DNA of 64,000 bases, taken from positions 209,560,001 to 209,624,000 of the forward strand of contig OZ024740.1 in assembly GCA_964016885.1 (NCBI GenBank). The letters run 5' to 3'. The notes under the pieces were generated by a model. The model did no database searches and had not been told where the DNA came from. It saw nothing but the letters and a program-made list of their open reading frames with translations. Each line of letters opens with the position of its first letter. Within the stretch, counting starts at the first letter, position 1. Shown here piece after piece: positions 1 through 12,524 of the stretch. The position numbers and the translations under genes are program-made. This DNA is from Eledone cirrhosa. Lineage: Eukaryota.

Positions 1-7
1 TGTTTAA

Positions 8-188
8 CCCTTTAGCATTTAAACAGGCCATATGCCGTATTGAGCCAGAATTTTCTCACCTCTTTCTGTTCAAACATTGTTCTCAAAATAAATAATATTA
101 AATTTCTTATAGATTCGATATTATGTGAGGTAAAGCCTTTACCATGAAAATATGATAGTAAATATTGAGTAATATAAATGCTAAAGGG
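8..188. mobile_element. piggyBac-like MITE, family A
   Basis: Terminal inverted repeats CCCTTTAGCATTTA...TAAATGCTAAAGGG flanked by TTAA at 4-7 and 189-192. Related copies at 41660, 50971, 58246 and about 62590. Confidence 0.8.
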
Positions 189-644
189 TTAAGTTTGAAA
201 TACAAAATTCAGAAACAAAAGAAGAATGGATTTCTATCACTTTCAACATTGAGTATTCCAGTTATTTGATGAATAGAATGGCTTGCTCATAAAATTAACA
301 TGTAAATGGCTAAGCATTCTACTGACATCTGTACCTAAAACATAAATCCGTCAGCTAGGACTCTGAGGTGGCTTGCACCTGGGGTTCTGCACACCAATTT
401 TGAAAATAATCAAGTATTTGGAGGAACTTAAAATAACTAAGCTTTTCATTAGTAAGCTGATATTTATTACATATCTGAGATATATCATCTAGACAAGAAT
501 GTAGAGTCTGCCCATCCCTTTCCTTCCTTTTACATTATTTCATTTTTTTTTCTCTTCCAGTTTAAAATAAGATTTGTTTCTATATTTCAAAGTTAAAAGA
601 ACATATTATATCTTTCATAATTGTTTCCAACATAGACACAAAGT

Positions 645-832
645 AAGTAATTTGTGGTGGGAAGGGGAAAAGTCGATTAAATCGATCCCAGTATTTTATT
701 TTGTCAGACCTGGAAGGGTGAAAGGCAAAGTTGACCTCAGAAGGAATTGAACTCAGAATGTAAAGAGCTGGAAGAAGTACTGCAAAGCATTTTCCCGCCC
801 ACAAGATTCTACTGATTCTGCCAATCCACCCA
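645..832 (-). mobile_element. tRNA-derived SINE family A, older copy
   Basis: The reverse strand shows a B-box-like GAGTTCAATTC and the family core CTTTGCCTTTCA.CCTT. Confidence 0.7.
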
Positions 833-945
833 CTTCTATAGCTTTCATATCATCATCATAATACTTGTAATATATGCTGAATGAAATAGTGGCTGTTTCT
901 GCTGACCTCTTCAAATGACTATCTCCCTCTCTCATATATCATTTC

Positions 946-1250
946 ATTTCATTTTACGTCCACTTTTCCCTGCTTGCAAGGGTGGGACGGGAACTGATTC
1001 TGGATGCCCTTCCTAACACCAACCTCATTTACAGTGAGTGGTGGGTGCTTTTGTTTTTTGCCGTGGCGCCTACACGTCCACTTTACAGTGAGTGCTGGGT
1101 GCTTTTGTGCCGTGGCACCTCCACGACCACTTTGCAGCTGAGTAAACTGGAGCAATGTGAAATAAAGTGTCTTGCTCAAGGAAACAACACATCACCAGGT
1201 CTGAGAATTTTCAATTGCAAGGCCAATGCTCTAACCACTAAGCCATTGCC
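946..1250 (-). mobile_element. tRNA-derived CORE-like SINE family B with RTE-type tail
   Basis: Reverse-complement relative of 2170-2553 and 7536-7863, sharing CCTTGAGCAAGACACTTTATTTCAC and the GGAAGGGCATCCAG...GGACGTAAAATGA tail. Confidence 0.85.
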
Positions 1251-1636
1251 TATATATATAAAAAGAAACACACAAAGTAATTATTTTATTTCAAATTGCT
1301 ATTTCTAAGCCACTTAATTAAAGGACTGGTACTTATCTTTCCATTTGGTTCATATAGACTTTACTTTTGCCTTAAGCAGCATGTAGCAAGTGTAAAAGAT
1401 ACTCAGTTATTAGCTATTCTTTTTTATATGATATAAATATTTCAGCATACATAAATTAAACTCTCTTCAAGTGTAAAGTAAGCAAATTCACTAATCTCTG
1501 TAAAGATTTTATAAACATAACATGTTCTATCTGATATCTCAAATACCTTGGTACATGTTTGTTTATTTTTTGTTTTTTCACAATGATATATATGTGTTTG
1601 TGTGTATACATATATATATATATATACACACACTCA

Positions 1637-1930
1637 TGTAAATAAGACTGTTATTACTCCAATCAGTCTTATAACCCTTAGCAAATACCCAAAACTAAAT
1701 GTCAATATGTACTCATGTCTCTTGTTAGACAAACAGTACTCACCCTCCAAATTCAGCAAATCAAACATGGACCACCTATTCTCCCCAACTCGGCTTACGC
1801 AACCAGACCATAATAGCCACCTAATGGAGAAGACAGACTTTATCAAGCTGCAGCTGTCATGTTACATAGTTTCTATATAATAAAGCCCAAACTATTATTA
1901 TCTGCAGTGACTACGACTCCATTATATAAT
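1637..1930 (+). mobile_element. dispersed repeat, possible solo LTR
   Basis: Starts TGTAAATAAGAC, has AATAAA near the end, and shares TATCAA.CTGCAGCTGT and AAACTATTAT with 11640-11890. Confidence 0.4.
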
Positions 1931-2169
1931 AGGCCATGCTCCACCCTCTCCTGTAGTCTCTCGACCTTAGACCCTCAAACTATCCACTTAAATGACATGA
2001 TGCTGTGCATCAGGAAGTCTAGTTTTCACAATACAACAGAAACCAAAATTAATAATCAAGAAAATAACCAAGCTATTAAAGAATTATGTGAAATGAATAC
2101 AAGAAGAAAAACACAAGAAATCTAGTTCCTACAACACATCATAAAACCAAATATTAAATATATATATAT

Positions 2170-2553
2170 GTGGAGGCACATGGCTTAGTGGTTAGAGCAT
2201 TAGCCTTGCAATCGAAAGGTTGTGAGTTCAATTCTCAGACCGGGTGATGTGTTATTTCCTTGAGCAAGACACTTTATTTCACATTGCTCCAGTTTACTCA
2301 GCTGTAGAAATGAGATGATAGGACTGTGGTCCCTATCATTCCACTGCAAAGTGGTCGTGGGGGAGCCACAGCAAAAAAGCACCCAGCCCACACTGTAAAG
2401 TGGACGTGTAGGCACCAGGGCAAAAAAGCACCCAGCACTCACTGTAAATGAGGTTGGTGTTAGGAAGGGCATCTAGCTGTAGAAATCAAGCCAGAATCAG
2501 TTCCTGTCCCACCCTTGCAAGCAGGGAAAAGCGGACGTAAAATGATGATGATG
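2170..2553 (+). mobile_element. SINE family B, full length
   Basis: A-box TGGCTTAGTGG, B-box GAGTTCAATTC, CORE-like CCTTGAGCAAGACACTT, RTE-like 3' tail ending in (ATG)n. Confidence 0.9.
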
Positions 2554-2739
2554 ATATATATATATAATAATTGGAAGCTATAGAAACCCTGCCAAAACTG
2601 GAACATATATAAGATATGGTCCTTGGTCATTTGGAAGGAGAGAAGTACTGACTTTGTCTGTAGAGACCTATCCAATCTATATAGAAAAATAGGTGTTAAA
2701 TGATGATAATATATATAACCGATTCCTTTCATCTGGAGC

Positions 2740-3222
2740 TAGATGTTATGCTTATGGTCCCCACCGCTTAACATTTCTCTTAAACTATTGTAAATTGATG
2801 GCTGCAGAAATAAAATTCCAAAGAGTAAAAAGAAAGAACTGGAAATAATGGTTAGTGTAGGCCATGAGAAGAGCGATGAATGAGTTGTGTGTCTGAGTGT
2901 AAGTGTCATGAGACCTGTTAGCTGATGAGCAGACACCATTGTAGTGGCAGTATAAGATGCAAAGAGAGGAGACAGCATATTTGTAGGTCAGATACTGGGG
3001 TGTAGTTGTGAGTGACTTGATACTAAACAGTCAAGTGGTGTTTCTCTAAATGTGGGCTTAGTTGTCTATATAAGTAACAGCTACACCATCCCTGATGTGG
3101 GAGCAGTACTACATTTTGAATTTCATTTGAGCTTTGTAGTGGAGCTAACAGTTGATGGGAATTGAAGTATTTTAATTGCCTTGTAGAGAAAGATATGTCT
3201 TTGAGATGCAGCCTTTGCTAGT
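2740..3222 (-). mobile_element. decayed CR1/Jockey-group LINE, ORF2 3' part
   Basis: The reverse strand gives YKAQMKFKM*YCSHI and AVSSLCILYCHYNGVCSS, matching the YKAQIRPxMEYCSHIW and SLCLFYRYYNGxCS motifs of CR1-Zenon-like LINEs. Contains stops and frameshifts. Confidence 0.65.
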
Positions 3223-3421
3223 TACTGTATATACTCTAATATAAGCCCAAATCCTGCCCCCCATTCTATGCCTGAGAAATGGGCAAAAATCCAAAGCCCA
3301 TTTATAAGCCGAGGCAGCTAATCGACGTTTAGATTGTGTATATAAGCTGACTGCCCCACCACCATTTTACCATTGATTTTTGGTCACATATTTCTTGGTT
3401 TATATTCAAGTATATATGGTA
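3223..3421. mobile_element. pogo/Tigger-like MITE
   Basis: Ends TACTGTATATACTCTAATATAAGCC and GGTTTATATTCAAGTATATATGGTA form imperfect terminal inverted repeats. A second copy is at 61915-62164. Confidence 0.6.
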
Positions 3422-4027
3422 AGTGTATTCACCAGGGGAGATTCTCTGTGATAGTGAGGTCTAGCATTTTAAGGAAGCAGTCACAAGGCTTACTCATATT
3501 TAAAGGTGGGGAAGTACAATAGTGTTATCTTGATACCTGCAGTAATTTTGTCCTTTGTTTGTTTCTTTTTGCTGTTAAAGGAGTCAAAATTGACATGACC
3601 CTATAAGAGAATGTTTTCAAGATTTCTGTTCATGGAGTTGGGGCAGATTTGGTGTGAGGTGTTTAAGTTGCATATGGATGATACTTGGGTGCAAAAGATT
3701 AGGGATGATTTTAAAGAGAGATGTCATCTGTGTGTGGAAATTGTTAGAGATGATAACAAGTAGCTCATTAATGTATAGAGCATCAGAAACCATGTTTTGC
3801 AACACAGAGTTATGCCCCTTTACGTTCTGAGTTCAGCTTTGTCTTTTATCCCTACGGGGTTGATAAAATAAAGCATCAGTAATGCGCTGGGGTAATTGCT
3901 GGCCTTGTGCCAAAAGTAGAAACATTAACATATAGGAGGAAGCATGTCAGTGACAAAACTAAATCCCAAGGTATACCAGAGTTGATAGAGTCTGAGACAG
4001 AGAAAGCTTTGACAACACATGCTGTGA

Positions 4028-4205
4028 TAATTGTTTCTACTTTGGGTACAAGGCCAGCAATTAACCAGTACATTACTGGTACTTTATTTTATCGACCCAG
4101 TAAGGATGAAAGGCAAAGTTAACCTCGACGGGATTTGAACTCAGACCGTAAAGGGACGTAACTATGCTGGAAAGCATGGCGTCCGACTCTCTACCGATAC
4201 TGCCA
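4028..4205 (-). mobile_element. SINE family A
   Basis: Near-identical to the reverse complement of 53795-53980. Confidence 0.9.
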
Positions 4206-4237
4206 TGCTGTGATAATGCCATCTGACAAGAAGCCAT

Positions 4238-4402
4238 GTATGAGGTTGGCGAAAAAGTTCGTAGGTTGAACAAGATACACTCATGAAGTTTATTTTTCAA
4301 CATAGTCTCTGGAAAGAAACAATGCAGTTATTAAAAAGAGTTTTAATTAATGCATGAAAGATTTCACAGCTTTAGCATCACTCCTTCATAGTCAGTTTAT
4401 GA
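4238..4402. mobile_element. mariner-derived MITE, decayed
   Basis: TATGAGGTTGGCGAAAAAGTTC...GAACTTTTTAGCCTATCCTTATA, homologous to 29862-30052 and 42596-42858. Confidence 0.6.
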
Positions 4403-4723
4403 ACTTTTTAGCCTATCCTTATAGATTGTCAAGAGGATCACATTTGAGCAAGTTTTCTTCCTCCTCTGTAGATTCTGCCTGCCTTTACAGCCCATGTTAC
4501 ACTGTCATGAATGACATACATCTGTCATTTCTGACAATGTAAAGATAATAATCCTAGCCAGGTCTTATTTAAGCCAGCTTGGGTGGTCCTCAAACTTATC
4601 AAAAGGATTCACTTGCCCGGGTTTTAATTAGGTCAGAGGAAAAGCAAGACCAGTACTGCAAGGAGAGACAACCAGGTGTAAAGTTGCCAAGCGAGTCAGA
4701 AATGTTAGGCTTAATTGTCTTAA

Positions 4724-5146
4724 CCCCTTTGTTCTAATGAAAGACATAGCTTATGGTTTTTAAAAATCAAGAATTTAGAGGGATTTAATGATAAAAACAT
4801 TCTTTGGCAGTATAGGTAGTGTCAGACAACATACTTCGCTGCATAGAGTGACGGCCCTTTACATTCTCAGTTCAAATCCCACCGATGTTAGCTTTGCCTT
4901 TCATCCATTCAGGGTCGATAAAATAAAGCACCAGTAATGCACTGGGTCAATTTAATCGACTTTCCCCTTCACTGGAATTGTTAACCTTGTACCTAAATCA
5001 AAAAGCATTATTATGTTAGTGTTTGGGATTTAACAAAGATCCTTACATAAAATTATGATGGAAGGTTTTTTTTTTTAGATAAATATAAACACTGTATCAT
5101 AAAACCATTAGGAGGGGGGAGTTCAAGGAGGTTGGTATCAAAAGGG
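4724..5146. mobile_element. piggyBac-like MITE family B with nested SINE A (about 4805-5005)
   Basis: TTAA|CCCCTTT...AAAAGGG|TTAA ends. Internal motifs are shared with 63233-63677 and 58143-58584. Confidence 0.6.
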
Positions 5147-5479
5147 TTAATGAGCCACGACCCCCCCCCCCCCCCCCCCCCATACACATGTAATCTATAG
5201 GTTTGATGGTTGGCTGTTGACTTCTTGTTGAGTTCATCTACCCTTGTAGACAAGTGTTGTTTTTTCTTTTTTTTTTTGGTCTTGTCAGGTTGTTCATTGA
5301 CCTTCCAGATGCCATAAAACAGGTTGTAAATGATTTACATGATTGACCTCAAGTCACCCTTGTTATATCTTTTCTAACATTGCAAGAAATTTTCTTTCTT
5401 TTGAGAGAGAGAGAGAAGCATTCTTAGTTTTGTATTTAAAAAAAAAGGAAAACCCTGTCTGAAATGAATTATCCAAATG

Positions 5480-5960
5480 AACTTAGATTATTTCTAACTG
5501 TACCTACATCAACTGTAGGGAGTTATTATTACCAAGTATAAATCCCTTTAACTATAGGGAGCTATTACCAAGTATAACAACCCTTCTTTCTTAGATTGTT
5601 TCTAAATGTACCTACATCAATTGCAGGGAGCTATTATTAATTGACAGAATCGGTAGAGTGTCAGACACCTTGCTTCGCAGCATAGCGTTACGGCCCTTTA
5701 CATTCTGAGTTCAAATCCTGTTGCAGTTAGTTTTGCCTTTCATTCTTTCAGGGTTGATAAAATAAAGTACCAGTCATGCACTGCGGTTGATTTAATCAAC
5801 TTTCCCCCTCACCCAAAATTGCTGGCCTTGTGCCTAAAGTAGAAACAGCTATTACCTAGTATAAATCCCCTGTTTTTGTAGAAATAATTAACTTAGATTG
5901 TTTCTGATTATACGTGCCTCAACTATAGGAAGCTATAAACATGTACAAATCCCTTCTTTC
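5480..5960. repeat. diverged local tandem repeat interrupted by SINE A (about 5640-5848)
   Basis: Recurrent CTTAGATT.TTTCT...CCTACATCAA.T..AGGGAG.TATTA(TTA)CCAAGTATAAATCCC units. Confidence 0.6.
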
Positions 5961-5967
5961 TACAGAA

Positions 5968-6150
5968 ATAATTGTTTCTACTTTAGGCACAAGGCCAGCA
6001 AATATCCAGTGCATTACTGGTACTTTATTTTATCGACCCCGTAAGGATGAAAGGCAAAGTCAACCTCGGCGGGATTTGAACTCAGATCGTAAAGGGACGT
6101 AACTATGCTGGAAAGCATGGCGTCCGACCCTCTACCGATACTGCCAATCC
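5968..6150 (-). mobile_element. SINE family A, young copy
   Basis: Near-identical to other young copies, with CpGs retained. Confidence 0.9.
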
Positions 6151-6662
6151 AAATACATAGAAGAATTATTAAGATGTTTAGATAACATTCTCTTAATACA
6201 CATAATTCGTTAGTTGCATTTATAATTCCTAATGTAGGCCTGTAAAAACTGTATTTCAGCACAGATTGCTTCCATTCATTTGTTGGGATATATGAAATTT
6301 GTCAATATTCTATTCTCTCATTACATGTTATACATTCATTCTTTTTTTTCATTTCTCTTTTTTTTTTCTTTTTGCTAAATAAATGGGATATTTACAGTGT
6401 ATCCTTGAAATAGTTAGGCTTGAAAAATTTCTAAATAAATATTTATTCAGGATGTTTCAATATTGAAATTTGTGGCCTCTGTCAAATACTACAACCTTTC
6501 ATGGTCTTGGTTTAAAGCCAGCTATGCAAATACTTAATCTGTGTACAAATTTACCAGAAGTTTTTCCATGGCATTCATTTATGTGGTATCATTGATTTTT
6601 AATATCACATATTACTTTATCTATCTATCTATCTATCTGTATGTTTGTGTATATATATATAT

Positions 6663-7036
6663 ATAATTGTTTCTACTTTAGGCACAAGGCCAGCAATTAC
6701 CCAGTTCATTACTGGTACTTTATTTTATCGACCCCCGTAAGGATGAAAGTCAACCTCGGCGGGATTTGAACTCAGATCGTAAAGGGACGTAACTATGCTG
6801 GAAAGCATGGCGTCCGACCCTCTACCGATACTGCCAATCCACCGCCCTATATATATATAATTGTTTCTACTTTAGGCACAAGGCCAGCAATTACCCAGTA
6901 CATTACTGGTACTTTATTTTATTGACCCCGTAAGGATGAAAGGCAAAGTTAACCTCGGCGGGATTTGAACTCAGACTGTAAAGGGACGTAACTATGCTAG
7001 AAAGCATGGCGTCCGACTCTCTACCGATACTGCCAA
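6663..7036 (-). mobile_element. two tandem SINE A copies separated by (TA)n
   Basis: Copies at 6663-6848 and 6858-7036 both begin AATTGTTTCTACTTTAGGCACAAGG. Confidence 0.9.
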
Positions 7037-7039
7037 AAT

Positions 7040-7319
7040 GAAGGTGCATTGGTTAGTGTGTTGGGGATGCAATTGAGAGGTTCTGAGTTTGATTCTTGGA
7101 CTGGATGATGTGTTGTGTTCTTTAGTAAGACACTTTATTTCATGTTAGTCCGGCTGAACAAATGAGTTGTGATGTTACTGGTGCCAAGCTACATCGGCCA
7201 TTGCCTTTCCCGTGGACAAATCAATGGTATGGAGGGGGAAACAAATCTTGCCCAGGCTTGTGCCTTGGAGGGAAACTTTCTGCGTGCAAAACCATGGTCA
7301 TTAATGACCGATGAAGGCC

Positions 7320-7322
<3 letters not shown>
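7040..7322 (+). mobile_element. CORE-like SINE with an alternative tail
   Basis: Family B-like head followed by GGTGCCAAGCT..ATCGG...ATGGTCATT..TGACCGA, the same tail as 30505-30812. Confidence 0.7.
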
Positions 7323-7380
<58 letters not shown>

Positions 7381-7535
7381 TGCTATTAAGTTAGTCATGG
7401 CCTGGGTTAATACTAGTCAAAACCTATCAAAGTTATATATACATATATGTAAATATATGCATCTATATATATATAGATGCATCTATATATATATAGATGC
7501 ATATATATATATATATATATATAGATGCATATATA

Positions 7536-7863
7536 TGGAGGCACATGGCTTAGTGGTTAGAGCATTGGCCTTGCAATCGAAAGGTTGTGAGTTCAATTCT
7601 CAGACCGGGTGATGTGTTGTTTCCTTGAGCAAGACACTTTATTTCACATTGCTCCAGTTTACTCAGCTGTAGAAATGAGGTGTTAGGGACTGTGGTCCAT
7701 ATCATCCCACTGCAAAGTGGTCGTGGAGGTGCCAAAAAAGCACCCAGCACTCACTGTAAATGAGGTTGGTGTTAGGAAGGGCATCCAGCTGTAGAAATCA
7801 AGCCAGCGTCAGTTCCCGTCCCACCCTAGCAAGCAGGGAAAAAGCGGACGTAAAATGAAATGA
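7536..7863 (+). mobile_element. SINE family B
   Basis: Head nearly identical to the copy at 2170, but with one fewer internal unit of about 48 bp. Confidence 0.9.
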
Positions 7864-7874
7864 TATATATATAT

Positions 7875-8294
7875 GACCGAGATCTTTGGCGCTACGCAGT
7901 AATACAGAAGACCCACCTTGCCTAAGTGCAAAGCGAAACCTACAGTCAGTAGATACCTCTTACCAAAATACACCCCCGTCCCACCACCCCATACACACCA
8001 CCCCCATCCAATGTTAAGTTATGTTGGTACCACAACATCCAGTCCTAAATAAATGAGGTTATGTAGGCGTCACAACAAAAAAACACACAATCCACGCTGT
8101 AATGTGGCCGTGTAGGTAACACGGTAAAAACCTCCCAGTCCACACTGTAAACGTGGTTGGTGTTAGGAAGGGCCGTAGAAAACCCGCCAGAAAGTCCTAT
8201 ACGAGCAAGACAACCAATCTTGCCTCAAGTGGGAAAAATTACCGTCCAAACCCATGCTAGCATGGACGATGGACGTTAAACGATGATGATGATG
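7875..8294 (+). mobile_element. 5'-truncated RTE LINE (last codons plus 3' UTR)
   Basis: Encodes DRDLWRYAVIQKTHLA*, matching DRDLWRYSVIEKTRLA* at 10635. The UTR ends GGACGTTAAAC(GAT)n. Confidence 0.9.
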
Positions 8295-8901
8295 TAACCA
8301 TATATATGTATATACATATATTTGTATATATATCTATATAAGTATTATGGACAAACCTGTTTTTATACACGTTTTCAGTAACTAAATTTTATTTATTTTT
8401 ACTTAACCATATTATTTATTTATCACTTTATTATTTAATCAGTGTGAAGGAACATGATTGTTAGTAGTGGTTGAGCAGGTTTTTTTCCTTCTTTGTTTCT
8501 TTCTCTCCCTCTCTGTGACATGGATACAGTAGCTATATTTTAGCCCTTGCTTCACTAGACTTTCCATCCTCAATTGTTTATTTTATCTCCCATTTTAGTA
8601 CTTTGGTGAATTAAATTAATAAATAGTTTGGCTAAAGAAAACAATGTGAAATATAATGTCACTTTGTTCCTTGTGTATTTCTCTTACTGTTTTTCTTCTC
8701 TTATTATAACTGTGTGTGTGTGTGTATATATATATGTATAATTTAGAAGTAAATACTCAAAGATAATATTTATTTCATATCCACTAAATTTAATAATGCC
8801 TATTTTTCATGTTTAACCACTCCTCACAAAAAAATAAAATAAGTCTAGAAAATTATTTTCATGGTTTGGTTGTAGTGTTAACTATGTATTTAGTTGATAC
8901 A

Positions 8902-8940
<39 letters not shown>

Positions 8941-10263
8941 CAAAAATAAATGGAGGCGAAGGCAATAAATACATTTAAAAACAAAATTTATTCCTTACGC
9001 GATATCATTATATATGAGGTTAACTTGGCCTTTCATCCTTACAAAGTCGATAAAATAAAGTCCCAGTAATGTACTGGGTAATTGATGGCCTTGTTCCAAA
9101 AGTAGAAACAATTATATGTCACCACATCCACAGAAAACAACAAAAAAACATATGACATAAATAACCAATATGACTTATCTACTGACCCTACAAACCACAT
9201 ATATATAAATCAAATACTGAGCCTCAAATATTGTATATAAAATGAAGGTACAGTGTGTTTACTGGTGCAACTTATATATAAACATATATGGTGTATATTC
9301 TTACATTATGTGACTAAGTAAGGGAATACATCATATTTGCTCGAAATTTATGTAAAAATCTTTAAATTTATAAAAACAAGAATTCATTAGCAAGATATTA
9401 TACTCATGATGTTTCACATAAAAATAGAATTCATGGAACTTTATAAATATAACACACAAAAATATACAATCAAAGCAAAAAAACCCATCAATTCAACATA
9501 AAGTGCGTTAATTGGTCACACACCACAAGAGGCATCTTTAAATTACTGTGTGATGATTGAAGGGCAAAGATAGAATTAGTGTTTATGATGTTTAGCCCTT
9601 TCATTAGTATATTTTAAATGAAATACACTACATGTTGACAGTTGATCGACAAGCTCCCAGACTTCATTCACTTAACGAGTGGGTTGGAGCTCATTAAATC
9701 GGACTGAGGAAACAATGTTTCCATTGGTCTTTCCAATTGCTAATACCATCTGTCAATCGCAAATCCAAGCAGAAGGAGCCATGTGAAATAAAGTGTCTTG
9801 CTCAATGGACATAACACATCACCTGGTCCGTAAATCGAAATCACAACCTCACAATTGCGAATCTAATTCTCTAACCACTCAGCCATGCGCCTTCACAAAC
9901 ATGTGTTCTAATTAATTTTGAAAATAACCAAATATTTGGAGCAGATAAGTAACACTTTCATTAGTAAGCTGGTATTTAAAACATTGCTAAAAAAAATTAT
10001 GATGGAAGGATCTAATATAAGTTTAAACATTTTAAAAAGAACATTTTTGTATCATAGATGCAGAGCATGTGATTTGGTATGAAAAAGGTTAACTTGATCA
10101 TTTTACTGAAGACAGAGACTTTGAACTTGTTTGTTCACATTTTTAGTTAGACTTAGCTGAATAAAAAAAATAGCTTTAAATGCTGGAATATAAGATATTG
10201 CAATTGAGAGCTGCCATCTGTCTCAAGAGACCAGTATAGTGACATGTACATATTATATATATA

Positions 10264-11474
10264 TCATCATCATCATCGTTTAACGTCCATGTTCCACGTT
10301 TGCATGGGTTTGGACGGGAGTTTTCCCACTTGAGGCAAGAGTGGTTGTCTTGCTCGCATAGGACTGTCTGGCAGGTTTTCTACAGTTGAATGCCCTTCCT
10401 AACACGAACCACATTTACAGTGTGGGACTGGGGGGTTTTTACCGTGTTGCCTGCACGGCCACATTACCGTGTGGACTGTGTGTTTTTTTTGTTGTGACAC
10501 CTACACGATCTCATTTGTTTCGGCCTGGATGTTGTGGCACCAACATAACTTTACATTGAAAAGGGCGGTGTGGATGGGACGGGGGTGTATTTTGTTAGAG
10601 ATGCCTACTGACTGTAGTAGGTTTTACTTTGTATTTAGGCAAGGCGGGTCTTCTCTATTACTGAGTACCGCCAAAGATCTCGGTCCAGTGACATTGTCTT
10701 GGAGAGGTGTAAGTGTGTGAGGTCGGAATTTATCAGGTCGTCCCAGGTTTTTCTGGGTCTGCCTACTCCGTGGCTACCGTCTATCTTTATTGCTCTGCAC
10801 TTTTTTATACAGCTGTCGTCTTTCATGCGCATCACGTGACCATACCAACATAGCCTTCTCTCGAGTAAACAACATCTGATCCCTCTTATTTCTAATTTTT
10901 CCCTTAGTTCGTTTATGCTTTGCCGTTCGCGTATATTACTATTACACATCCAGCGGAGCATGCAAGCTTCGTTCCTCTCTAGTCTGCGTATATCCTCTGC
11001 ACACAATGCCCAGGTCTCACTGCCATGCAACATTGCTGTTCGTATGCAGGCATCATACAGCCTGCCTTTCATTTTTAGGGAGAACCCTTTAGCGGCTAAT
11101 AGTGGTATAAGGTCTCTGAACTTTTCCCATCCAGTTCTGACTCTAGCTACTGTACTTTCAGAGCACCCTCCCCCACTGCTGATTTTGTCACCCAGGTAAC
11201 GGAAGCTGTCCACTATTTCTATAGAATCCTCTGCGCAATTAAAAGAGCTAGTATTTTTTGGGCACTTGCTGCTACTTATTGCACCAGAGCACTGGCCACA
11301 TGTAAAATCTGTGTTCTTAGTTAGCTTACCTGTGATCCCACTACATCTTTTATGCACCCATATTTTGCATTTGGGACATAAAATGGAGTTTCTACCTACG
11401 CCTTTCCTACACACTGAGCATGGCCATTTCCCAGAAGGGACCGGCGCCTTATTTTCTTTCCTACAAACTAAAAC
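10264..11474 (-). mobile_element. 5'-truncated RTE-clade LINE, young copy
   Basis: Uninterrupted ORF C-terminus, then a 3' UTR and a (GAT)n tail. Confidence 0.92.
10635..11474 (-). pseudogene. RTE ORF C-terminal fragment: PHD-type finger plus RT thumb and C-terminal region
   Basis: Contains CSVC...CPKCKIWVHKRC...CGQC (C4HC3), VDSFRYLGDKI, LYDACIRTAMLHGSETW, RRLCWYGHVMR and GRPRKTW. The frame extends upstream of the listed ORF start as VLVCRKENKAPVPSGKWPCSV. Confidence 0.9.
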
Positions 11475-11589
11475 ATAAAGAGTCAGGACCTCGATGGCTG
11501 AGTTCTTGCTGTTTCAACAGCCAGTTCCAGACTCTGGAACTGGCTGTTGAAATGGCAAGAGCTCAGCTGTTGGGGTACCAACTCTTTAT
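11475..11589. repeat. imperfect palindrome with 57-bp arms, centred at 11532
   Basis: ATAAAGAGT...GCCAGTTCCAGA-C-TCTGGAACTGGC...ACTCTTTAT. A single-arm relative is at about 55952-56033. Confidence 0.85.
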
Positions 11590-11639
11590 AATATAACCAT
11601 ACCCTACTACCCCAAGTATTGATATATATATATATATAA

Positions 11640-11890
11640 TGTAAATAAGACAATTGATTGCCTTAGCCTGTAAACAAAACATTCAGAAAACACTGTTTGT
11701 CAATCACATATCTGCACTCATAACTTCCGCTAAACCAACACCTGACCTGCATCTATGATTTTGCAAACCAACAATGGACTGCATCTGTCACCAAATGGGG
11801 GAAGACAAACGTTATCAAACTGCAGCTGTTATATTGTGTAGTTTCTGTATACTAAAACTATTATCTGTAACAACTTCAACCTCACTGTAT
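11640..11890 (+). mobile_element. dispersed repeat, possible solo LTR (second copy)
   Basis: Starts TGTAAATAAGAC and resembles 1637-1930. Confidence 0.4.
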
Positions 11891-11893
11891 GTA

Positions 11894-11937
<44 letters not shown>

Positions 11938-12524
11938 GCAAAGACTATCACAAACATAACTAAAATAATGTCAATTCAAAGAGAGAAATGAGGCTAATAG
12001 TACAATGAAGACATGCTACGCATATAGCCATGATCTAAATCCTTGAGTTTGTTTTCTAATCTTCTACTAGTAGAAGTAAATTATTTATGTAATCCTCAAA
12101 ACACAAAATTATAGTAAATTCTATACTTACCTATAATTCTTCAGAACTTTATATATATATATTTATATATATTGGTTTTTCTCTCTTCTCTTGCAGATTA
12201 AGAGTGGAATTTCTGTTAATAGTATTGAATATCATTTTATTCTCTTTTTCTAAGATCCATTTGAATGCATGCATATAGAATTGTAAAGCAGATACTTTAC
12301 ATTACATGACCAACTTAAAACATATGTTTGTAATTGTTTATAAAAAGAATATATATGCACACACACACACACGTATATATATATTGGAATTATTCCAGTG
12401 GTTTCAGTTAACTGGGTAACGTTCGAAATATTCTTCTAAAACATAAATATTGTTACGTGTTACGTAGAAAAACAACCTCTCTAGTGTTTTGGGCCATGAT
12501 AAATTACACACAGTAGACTCTTTA

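Noticed and set aside
2170-2245. tRNA gene
   Set aside because: It has A and B boxes but continues into a SINE body and tail and is multicopy. It is a tRNA-derived SINE head with no convincing cloverleaf.
12095-12150. Minus-strand hammerhead (CTGAAGA plus an ATTATAG/CTATAAT stem), or a splice donor TAG|GTAAGT
   Set aside because: There is no GAAA after the stem. For the exon reading, no plausible acceptor lies upstream, only (TA)n.
12172-12260. Plus-strand splice acceptor TTTTTCTCTCTTCTCTTGCAG at 12197
   Set aside because: It is followed by AT-rich sequence with early stops and no convincing donor, so I cannot support an exon from sequence alone.
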